Origin: an uncultured Christensenella sp.
GTDB lineage: Bacteria > Bacillota > Clostridia > Christensenellales > UBA1242
NCBI GenBank assembly: GCA_964368395.1
Contig: CAYJAI010000004.1
Span: 1 to 33,060, forward strand
DNA length: 33,060 bases
Reading direction: 5' to 3'
A program made the translations under genes and the position numbers. This document shows positions 7,458 to 14,475 of this stretch, one piece after another (positions within the stretch are counted from its first letter, which is position 1; every line of letters starts with the position of its first letter). The notes below the pieces were generated by a model. That model worked only from the letters and a program-made list of their open reading frames with translations, searched no databases and had not been told where the DNA came from.

Positions 7458-8999
7458 ATGACACTAAAAGATGTTGTTGAGAAAGAAAAATATTCAAAAT
7501 TTAAGTTGGAAAGTGCAGATTACGATGAAAGTTCGGATACAACCACGCTTACTTTTCTATATCCTTACGGAGATAAGCCTGCGGAAAAGGAAAGAGAAGA
7601 GTTACAGCAAGAAGTGCAGGGGTTTTTGGGAGAATTTGCTAAATGTCGTATAAAATTCCGCCAAAGTTACATAGATAATCAAGTTTTATTTAATAAATTG
7701 AAAGATTTTGCAGAGAAAGAGTTTGCTTTTCTTAAAAGTTTTCTTCAAGAAAAAGACCTTAATCTAATACAGGAAAATGACACAGTTAGAGTTAGTATAG
7801 ATTGTGATAGAGATATGTATGATTTGTTGGGAACCTATGATTTTTCCAACCGTTTTTCAACTTTTTTGAACAACTCATACTATGAAAATATTGAGGTTTT
7901 ATTAAATCCTTGTAAAGAAGTTGAAAGGCAAAGTATACAAGAGGTTATTTCTGCGGAGAATGAACTTTCGGCTATTCTTAATCAAGAGGCAAAACTTAAT
8001 ATAGTTGAAGTGGATGAAGTAGTGAATGTAGTAGGAAAATTGCTTCCATCTTCGGCTAAATTTATAAAAGACATAAAAATAGGAATGGAAGAAGTTATAT
8101 TAGCAGGTAGGGTGAAGAACCCCATTTTTTCACAGTTTATTCCTAGGTCACAAAAGGATAGAGAAAATCCCGAATACAAGGTTAAATGGACTTTCACTCT
8201 TATTGATGCTAGCGGTGAGATTGATGTTGTAATGTTTCCGAATGAAAAAGATGCTGAATTATTGCAGCAAATACAGGAAGGGAATGAGGTCATATTAAGT
8301 GGGGTTGTAAGTGAGTTTGCTAACACAACAAATATAAAAGCAGACGCGCTTTCCTTGTGTGAGATTGTTAATGGAGAGGTTCATTATATTTGGAGAGAAC
8401 CTATATTAGACTATCAAACCATATTTCCTAAACCTATGGTAGACTTACAGCAAATGAGTATGTTTTCAATATTTGACCAAAAACCAAAAGAGTATTGGCG
8501 TGATAATAAATCGGTGGTGGTGTTTGACTTAGAAACAACTGGTTTGAATTTTAAAGTGTGTGATATAATAGAGATAGGTGCGGTGAAAATAGTGGATGGA
8601 ATTTGTGTAGAAACTTTTTCTACTTTAATAAATCCCCAGTATTCATTGCCCGCTGAAATAGTTAGAATAACCGGGATAACGGATGAGATGCTGGTGTTTG
8701 CGCCTACCTTGGACAAGGTTTTGCCCGATTTTCATAAGTTTACGCAAGGCAGTGTGTTAAGTGCTTACAATATAGGCTTTGACATTAAGTTTTTAAAAAA
8801 GGCAGGGAAGAAGTATCGCTATAATTTTAATAGCGAGCAGATAGACACTTTGGAACTAGCGAGAAAAAAAATACCTTCCTTACATAATTACAAATTATCC
8901 AGTGTGGTAAAGGCTTTGGATATTCCTTTGGAGGAAGCGCATAGGGCTTTGAACGATGCCATAGCCACCGCAAAAGTTTTCATAAAACTTATAGAATAA
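7458..8999 (+). CDS. PolC-N-terminus-like plus OB-fold plus DEDDh (DnaQ-type) 3'-5' exonuclease protein. No polymerase or PHP domain
   Basis: SD AGAGGGG upstream. Exo I VVVFDLETTGL (D357, E359), Exo II SAYNIGFDIKFL, Exo III HRALNDAIATAKVF (H495, D500). An OB-like segment lies at about aa 213-300 (VILAGRV...FTLIDASGEIDVVMFP...EVILSGVV). Confidence 0.75.
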   Translation: MTLKDVVEKEKYSKFKLESADYDESSDTTTLTFLYPYGDKPAEKEREELQQEVQGFLGEFAKCRIKFRQSYIDNQVLFNKLKDFAEKEFAFLKSFLQEKDLNLIQENDTVRVSIDCDRDMYDLLGTYDFSNRFSTFLNNSYYENIEVLLNPCKEVERQSIQEVISAENELSAILNQEAKLNIVEVDEVVNVVGKLLPSSAKFIKDIKIGMEEVILAGRVKNPIFSQFIPRSQKDRENPEYKVKWTFTLIDASGEIDVVMFPNEKDAELLQQIQEGNEVILSGVVSEFANTTNIKADALSLCEIVNGEVHYIWREPILDYQTIFPKPMVDLQQMSMFSIFDQKPKEYWRDNKSVVVFDLETTGLNFKVCDIIEIGAVKIVDGICVETFSTLINPQYSLPAEIVRITGITDEMLVFAPTLDKVLPDFHKFTQGSVLSAYNIGFDIKFLKKAGKKYRYNFNSEQIDTLELARKKIPSLHNYKLSSVVKALDIPLEEAHRALNDAIATAKVFIKLIE

Positions 9000-9260
9000 A
9001 GGGCTTTTGCATTATAAAGCAAAGATTTGTATATCAAAGATTTGCAGAATAAACAACAAGGCAAAAAACAGAATGAAAGATTATAAAGACTAAAAAGCAA
9101 AGGTTTATAGAGCAAAGAGTAGAATAAAGTAAAAATGGGACAAGAATTAAAAAGACTAGAAAGCAAGATTAGAAGATAAAAGACAATATAAAAATAGGGT
9201 AGAAATTAAGACAAAAATTACAGCGTAAAGAGCAAGGTAAGAATAGATAAAGAAAAAGTT
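9000..9260. repeat. Strongly purine-rich (+ strand) spacer with degenerate 60-66 bp repeats
   Basis: AAAGACTA(A/G)AAAGCAA at 9085 and 9151, CAAAGATTTG at 9020 and 9035, and recurring A(A/G)AGCAA(A/G)G words. Very few C or T by eye. Confidence 0.6.
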
Positions 9261-9290
9261 GATTTGTTCTATTGTTTAAAGATTACCTAT

Positions 9291-9318
9291 TTACAAAACT
9301 GTAAAAAAGTGTTATCAT
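9291..9318 (+). promoter_or_regulatory. Promoter candidate abutting the ATG of the 927-aa gene (possible leaderless mRNA)
   Basis: TTACAA 9291-9296, 16-nt spacer, TGtTATCAT extended -10 (9310-9318). ATG at 9325 is 7 nt past the -10 and no SD is present. Confidence 0.4.
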
Positions 9319-9324
9319 ATAGTT

Positions 9325-12108
9325 ATGGATATTTTTAATAATAAAATTAAAAAAAGTAGAAAAATAGAAGATATCAGTTCGCAAATTAAAGGAAAACTAA
9401 CTCTTTCAAGTGAGCAACAAGAAATTTTTAAGTTTAGTAGAAAGGGTGATTACAGAAGTTCTCTTAAACAGAATAAAGTTTCTGCAACCGATTTTGCGAT
9501 TGCAAACGGGATTTATCAATCTAATGAGAGTTTAGCAACATTACTTGGCAAGCGCACCTCTTTTGTCTTTTTGGGTTCCGCTCTTTCAGAAGATTTATTG
9601 CATTGTGTGGATTTAGATGGAGATTGCACTAGCATTAGCCCTTTTAGTCGTAAAGCGGGTGTGCGACCAGCCTTTGCTCAAACTTACAATCCGCAATCTG
9701 GGTATGAAGTATATGCTGAACTAGATATGAATGGAAATCCAACTGGAAGAAAAGTGGTGGATATTGGCGAATATCCTAAAACTAAGGTTACCAGAGAAGA
9801 AAATAAAGAATTAGAAAAACTGTTTAATGAAGGACAGTTGATGGCGGGTATTACTTCCACGGGCAAGTGGTTTACTACCAGCGGAATAAAGGGGTATAAT
9901 CAAGGATTCACACCAAGAATGGTTAGTGAGTTTGAGTTTAATGGTAAAAAATATGTTCGTGTTGTTGAAAGCGCATATGAAGAGAGAAATGAGTATGCCG
10001 ATGGAACAGCGAGCGCTGAAATAAAAAATGGCTCTATAAAATGGTTTAAGGTTGAACCTGTTACTTTTACTCTTCTGAATCCAGATTCCTTTGAGAAAGG
10101 TAAGTATCACTTTGAAACCAGCGAAGCAATACTGAGCAACATTCCTTTCCATACAAAAAGAAAAGGTAGAGGGCAAACGGATATACGAAAAAGCACTCTT
10201 AATGCGTGGATGAACGGAATTAAAACTAAGGGTGGAAATTTCACTCATACAATTAAAACTTTGCCAAACGGTGAGAAGGTTAGGTGTGGTTACGGCTCAT
10301 TTTTAGAAGATTGTTTTATGGAAAATGAACCATTTCAGCACTTTGTAATCCCAAAATGGCAAACGGAGATTTCAGACTTCTGTTTTCAAGGTGCTTGTCA
10401 ATTAAAAACAATAACCATTCCAAAAACTGTTACAAAGATTGGTGAAAAAGCCTTTGATGCAACCGGTTTTAAATATATTTACAAGACCAAAAAAGGGGAA
10501 AGGATTTTATCCTGTGAACCCTTAACAAACAGAAGAGATTTTATTTCTATACGAGATATTTCTAAAATAACACATTCTTTCACAGGGATTGATATTGGAA
10601 AACTAATTGAGCAAGAAGATATTAAAGAACTAGAAGACCTTGCTAATATTTTTGTAAAAAACAAAGTCAGCCTTCCATATGTTCTTGCAGAACGGTTGAG
10701 CAAGGAGGAAATGCTTACAACTTTTATAGAAAATGCAGATTTTAAATTTTTTAAAAGTGAAGTTGAGCCTATTTTTTTAGAGCAATTAAAAGACCAAAAT
10801 ATCGAAGAAAAACACGCTCTTTTCAAGTTTGCAATCGCACTTGGCTGCTTTTCTTCTGAGAATTTACTAGATAAAAGAGATAATGAAACGGACACACCCC
10901 TTGCTCAAAAGGCGTGTATTTTACTCTCCCAAACTTTGAAAAACAATGTTTTACCAGTTGGGAAATGTAAGAAACTTTTCGATAGCCTACCTCTTGGACT
11001 GGTTGCGAATCAAAACTTTTTGAAATTCCTTTCAGTTTCGGTTGGTAAGAAATTTCAAAATTTAGAGATGCTCTTAAAGTTAGAGAGTAAAAGTTCAGGA
11101 ATCTTTGTTAAAGTTATGAGTGAATTTGAAAAAGTAAAAGGTTTTAGAGCGAAAATTGATGAAAACCAAAATAGTAAAACATATGGAAAAGTTGTAACTG
11201 TTCCTTGGGAAGATGCCTTAAAGAAGTTTTACATAAGCGGTGTGTATGCTGATGTGACAAAAGATAATGCGGATATTGCCGAGACTTTTTCTAGCAAAGG
11301 AGTTTCTCAAAGTTCCTTTGACACCGCGGTTGATTTTAGAAAGCAGGCTTTGGAGTCAGGTGTGCCACACCATATTTTAGGCAAAGAACTTAAAGAAGAA
11401 ACAATAATGGATAGCATTGAGCGAATTAAAGCCAGCACTGAACAAGAACTTAGTTCTAGCAAAGACCTTATTGAGAGTCTTTATGCTAAACAATTTACTT
11501 ATGAAATGTTGGATAAATATGACCCTCACAATCCGATAATGGGTGTCTTTACAAGTTGTTGCTCAGTAATTTTGAGTTGTTGTAGAGAGTTTACCTTTCA
11601 CTATGGACAAAACATTGCCGAATTAACTATGTTGGCAGAAAATGTTCAGAATTTGGTTATTAGAAACAATCAGCAAGAGATAATTGCGAAAGGGAGTATG
11701 TATGTAAATCAGAACCCTTCCTATGCTGTTATAAATACTTTTGAAATCAATTCAGCCTACAAGCGACATCAAAGCCAAGCAGGCAGTTATAGTGTTCCTG
11801 ATGACCATAAGGAAGCACAAGAGCGAGAGTTGATTTTCAATGCTTTTGAGCGAGGTATTGATGCTTTTGTTAATGAATTTGATAAAAAGAACCCAGAGAA
11901 TCCAATTACTTTTGTTAATGTTGGAGTAAAGCACAACAAACTAAAAAAGCAAATTGAACGCTTTAAAAAACCAAGTATAAATTTACATGTCCCAGTTGCC
12001 TACACTTTTAAAGATGCGGAGGATGAGCAAAGGGTCCTTTATGACAGAAATGAAAAGTTGAAATCAAAAGTGGAAGAGAGTGGAAAGGGGTATGAAAATG
12101 AATTTTAA
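9325..12108 (+). CDS. Orphan 927-aa cytoplasmic multidomain protein (GVRPA-type module, one BspA-type LRR unit, helical middle, Cys-rich C-terminal domain), function unknown
   Basis: Uninterrupted 2.8 kb ORF with no signal peptide or TM segment. Motifs: FLGS...GVRPAF (aa 112-117), IKWFKVEP (238-245), STLNAWMNG, FCFQGACQLKTITIPKTVTKIGEKAFD (352-378), TSCCSVILSCC (743-753). Confidence 0.8.
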   Translation: MDIFNNKIKKSRKIEDISSQIKGKLTLSSEQQEIFKFSRKGDYRSSLKQNKVSATDFAIANGIYQSNESLATLLGKRTSFVFLGSALSEDLLHCVDLDGDCTSISPFSRKAGVRPAFAQTYNPQSGYEVYAELDMNGNPTGRKVVDIGEYPKTKVTREENKELEKLFNEGQLMAGITSTGKWFTTSGIKGYNQGFTPRMVSEFEFNGKKYVRVVESAYEERNEYADGTASAEIKNGSIKWFKVEPVTFTLLNPDSFEKGKYHFETSEAILSNIPFHTKRKGRGQTDIRKSTLNAWMNGIKTKGGNFTHTIKTLPNGEKVRCGYGSFLEDCFMENEPFQHFVIPKWQTEISDFCFQGACQLKTITIPKTVTKIGEKAFDATGFKYIYKTKKGERILSCEPLTNRRDFISIRDISKITHSFTGIDIGKLIEQEDIKELEDLANIFVKNKVSLPYVLAERLSKEEMLTTFIENADFKFFKSEVEPIFLEQLKDQNIEEKHALFKFAIALGCFSSENLLDKRDNETDTPLAQKACILLSQTLKNNVLPVGKCKKLFDSLPLGLVANQNFLKFLSVSVGKKFQNLEMLLKLESKSSGIFVKVMSEFEKVKGFRAKIDENQNSKTYGKVVTVPWEDALKKFYISGVYADVTKDNADIAETFSSKGVSQSSFDTAVDFRKQALESGVPHHILGKELKEETIMDSIERIKASTEQELSSSKDLIESLYAKQFTYEMLDKYDPHNPIMGVFTSCCSVILSCCREFTFHYGQNIAELTMLAENVQNLVIRNNQQEIIAKGSMYVNQNPSYAVINTFEINSAYKRHQSQAGSYSVPDDHKEAQERELIFNAFERGIDAFVNEFDKKNPENPITFVNVGVKHNKLKKQIERFKKPSINLHVPVAYTFKDAEDEQRVLYDRNEKLKSKVEESGKGYENEF

Positions 12109-12316
12109 ACAAAGTAAACTTATTGATTTAACAAAAGAACTTGAACTTGCGGCACTTGAATACAAAAACATTTGCGCCGAACTTGAAGAGATTAAAAGTT
12201 TGGGGCTTGATTCTAACCACCCTAGTTTGCTAAAACTTTTATCAAAATTCAGAAAAAACAAGAAAAAAATCATTAAAATAAAGGAACAATTAAAAGGGTT
12301 AAAAAGCGAAGAGTAG
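12098..12316 (+). CDS. Small (72 aa) charged, predicted helical protein that overlaps the stop of the 927-aa gene
   Basis: GGAAAGGGG at 12082-12090 lies 7 nt before ATG 12098. The ATG overlaps the upstream TAA (12106-12108) by 11 nt. Sequence is K/E/L-rich. The track start (GTG 12080) is less likely. Confidence 0.45.
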   Translation: MNFKQSKLIDLTKELELAALEYKNICAELEEIKSLGLDSNHPSLLKLLSKFRKNKKKIIKIKEQLKGLKSEE

Positions 12317-12456
12317 GGCAAAATTCCACTTGCTCATTGTTCTAAAATATTGTGGTAAAGGCGGAGTAGGAAAATCCTTTTTGCAATGGGATAAAGTCTA
12401 AGATAGTAAGGAAAAATGTGGCGGTGTGAAGAGGGGCAACTTTTTGTCCTAAACTA

Positions 12457-12485
12457 TTGACTTTTAAAGTTTTTTAGGATATACT
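12457..12485 (+). promoter_or_regulatory. Near-consensus sigma-A promoter
   Basis: TTGACT 12457-12462, exactly 17 nt, TATACT 12480-12485. Confidence 0.6.
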
Positions 12486-12509
12486 GCAAACAGTTGGAGG
12501 GTGTTTTTT

Positions 12510-12653
12510 ATGAAAGAAAAAGAATATGTATCCATAGGTTATGCTTTTTTGCGTGACTCACAAATAAAATTGCTTAAAAAGACTATTTCGTGGCGAGAAA
12601 AACATATAAAATCTTTAACTAGGCAAAACAAAGCAGAAAAAACCCTGCTATAA
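12510..12653 (+). CDS. 47-aa basic small ORF (MKEKEYVSIGYAFLRDSQIKLLKKTISWREKHIKSLTRQNKAEKTLL), not in the supplied track
   Basis: GGAGGG SD 8 nt upstream of ATG 12510, and the strong promoter ends 25 nt before the ATG. No recognisable family. Confidence 0.4.
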   Translation: MKEKEYVSIGYAFLRDSQIKLLKKTISWREKHIKSLTRQNKAEKTLL

Positions 12654-12687
12654 GTGCTTAGTTGTATGAAATTATTATAAAAATACC

Positions 12688-12716
12688 TTGATATTTAATT
12701 CTTATTGTGCTATAAT
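12688..12716 (+). promoter_or_regulatory. sigma-A promoter for the nusA operon
   Basis: TTGATA 12688-12693, 17-nt spacer, TGcTATAAT extended -10 (TATAAT 12711-12716). Confidence 0.65.
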
Positions 12717-12734
12717 ATAATGTATTGGTGCTAG

Positions 12735-12766
12735 TATGAGTGGGTTTTCGCCCACTCATAATTTTT
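12735..12766 (+). promoter_or_regulatory. Terminator-like leader hairpin (attenuator candidate) between the promoter and the nusA SD
   Basis: Perfect 10-bp stem TATGAGTGGG / CCCACTCATA, 6-nt loop, then ATTTTTAAAA. The SD GGAG starts at 12771. Confidence 0.6.
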
Positions 12767-12779
12767 AAAAGGAGAAGAA

Positions 12780-13931
12780 ATGATAAACAGTAAAGATTTT
12801 TTTATTGCGCTAAATCTTTTGGAGAAGGAGAAAAAAATAGACAAAGAGTTTTTTATATCCGCTCTGGAAAGTGCTTTAACAAGTGCATATAAAAAGAATT
12901 TTGGTGAGGCTAAGTCAGCCAAAGTAAAGTTAAATCCAGAAAAAAATACTATAAAGGTTTTGGCATATAAGGAAATTGTGGAAGAGGTTCAAAACCCAGA
13001 TAAAGAGATTTCCTTAGAGGACGCAAAGCAAATAAAATCTACCTACAAGGTAGGTGATGTGGTGTCCGAGGAGGTTACACCTAAATCTTTTGGGCGTATA
13101 GCCACTCAGACCGCAAGGCAGGTGGTTATGCAAAAGTTGAGAGAAGCGGAAAGGGATAACATTTCGGCTGAACTGACTGCAAAAGGTGACCAACTTACCA
13201 CTGCTGTTGTCCGCAGAATAGATGCAAAAAATGTTTATGTAGGGCTTAGCGGAGTTGAGGTAGAAGGTGTTTTGGCTGAGGCTGACCAAATACCCGGAGA
13301 AAAATTTGTGGTAGGTGACCACATAAAAGTATATATAAAGCGCATAAAAGAAACACACTTTGGTTCACAGGTTCAAGTATCCAGAACTACGGTTGGATTT
13401 GTAAAGAAATTGTTTGAATTAGAAGTTCCTGAAATAGAAAGCGGAGAAATTGAAATTAAAAACATTGTTCGTGAGCCGGGTGTCCGCACAAAAATAGCCG
13501 TTTCCAGCAAGGATGCGAATGTAGACCCTGTCGGAGTTTGCGTAGGAAGTCGTGGTAGCCGTATAAATGCAGTGCTTGCCGAGTTGAAAACAGAGAAAAT
13601 AGACATAATTTTATGGTCCAGTGATATATTTGAGTTTATAGCGGCATCTCTAAGTCCTGCTGAGGTTATTAGTGTGGAAATCAATGAGCAGGATAAAACT
13701 AGTAAAGTTATAGTGCCTGATGATAAATTATCTTTGGCTATTGGGCGTGAAGGGTTGAATGTTCGCCTTGCAGCGCGCTTGACTGGCTGGAAAATTGATG
13801 TAAAGAGCGAGTCAAACGCAGGAAAAGAGCCGAAAGAAAAAGTTTCCCCACAAGAAGTGGTTAGTAGTTTGGATATTGAAAAGGAAGTCAGCAATCTAGA
13901 TATATTTGATGAAATCGAAAAGATTGACTAG
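12780..13931 (+). CDS. nusA: Transcription termination/antitermination factor NusA
   Basis: N-terminal domain, S1 domain and two KH domains (GSRGSRINAV, AIGREGLNVRLAARLTGWKIDV). Confidence 0.96.
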   Translation: MINSKDFFIALNLLEKEKKIDKEFFISALESALTSAYKKNFGEAKSAKVKLNPEKNTIKVLAYKEIVEEVQNPDKEISLEDAKQIKSTYKVGDVVSEEVTPKSFGRIATQTARQVVMQKLREAERDNISAELTAKGDQLTTAVVRRIDAKNVYVGLSGVEVEGVLAEADQIPGEKFVVGDHIKVYIKRIKETHFGSQVQVSRTTVGFVKKLFELEVPEIESGEIEIKNIVREPGVRTKIAVSSKDANVDPVGVCVGSRGSRINAVLAELKTEKIDIILWSSDIFEFIAASLSPAEVISVEINEQDKTSKVIVPDDKLSLAIGREGLNVRLAARLTGWKIDVKSESNAGKEPKEKVSPQEVVSSLDIEKEVSNLDIFDEIEKID

Positions 13932-13939
13932 GAGGAGAT

Positions 13940-14191
13940 ATGTCCGTTCCCGTTAGGATGTGTATAGTTACGCGAGAAATGAAACCTAAAAATGAGTTGA
14001 TTCGTTTAGTGAAGCAGGAAGGAAAGATTTTAGTGGATCAGACTCAGAAAATGCAGGGCAGAGGTGTTTGGGTTAGCAAAGATGAAAAAGTTGTAGAGAA
14101 GTTAAGAAAAACGCATCGCCTTAATAGTGCTTTCAAATGCAAGGTAGATGAAGAGGTTTATGATAAAGTGGAGGAACTATGCCACAAGTAA
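13940..14191 (+). CDS. ylxR: YlxR/RnpM family (DUF448) RNA-binding protein
   Basis: VPVRMCIVTREMKPKNELIRLV signature. Canonical position after nusA. Confidence 0.85.
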   Translation: MSVPVRMCIVTREMKPKNELIRLVKQEGKILVDQTQKMQGRGVWVSKDEKVVEKLRKTHRLNSAFKCKVDEEVYDKVEELCHK

Positions 14192-14472
14192 AACTAAAAA
14201 ACTATTTTGGGCTAGCAAAAAGAGCGGGCGAACTAATTTTTGGCATAGATAATATAAAGAAGAGTAAAAAAAGGATGTATCTAATTGTTGTATGCAGTAC
14301 CGCAAGCGAAAAGGTGAAGGCTTTGATAGATGATTTTAGTGTAAAAGAAAACATTATTGTTAGGAAGTTGCAGAAAAGCAGTATAGATGAAAATATAAAC
14401 ACTCAGAATTGTAAAGTTGTTGCACTGACAAAAGAGAGTTTTATAGAGCCAATTTTAAAAGGTGAGGAGTAG
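14179..14472 (+). CDS. ylxQ: L7Ae/L30e family protein YlxQ
   Basis: LAKRAGELIFG motif, 13-nt overlap with ylxR, canonical position before infB. Confidence 0.78.
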   Translation: MPQVKLKNYFGLAKRAGELIFGIDNIKKSKKRMYLIVVCSTASEKVKALIDDFSVKENIIVRKLQKSSIDENINTQNCKVVALTKESFIEPILKGEE

Positions 14473-14475
14473 AAT

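Noticed and set aside
7471-7653. 60-aa + strand ORF overlapping the start of the exonuclease gene in another frame
   Set aside because: It lies entirely within the longer, motif-supported ORF, and it has no SD.
7458-8999. Reading the 513-aa gene as a truncated polC pseudogene
   Set aside because: The ORF is intact with a good SD and a complete exonuclease domain. No PHP motifs lie between the OB fold and Exo, as a real polC fragment would have. No polymerase remnants are visible downstream in any frame.
9269-12470. Possible att-like direct repeats flanking the accessory block (CTATTGTTTAAAG at 9269 versus CTATTGACTTTTAAAG at 12454)
   Set aside because: The match is short, interrupted and AT-rich, and both copies sit in promoter-like sequence. 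There is no integrase or other mobility gene.
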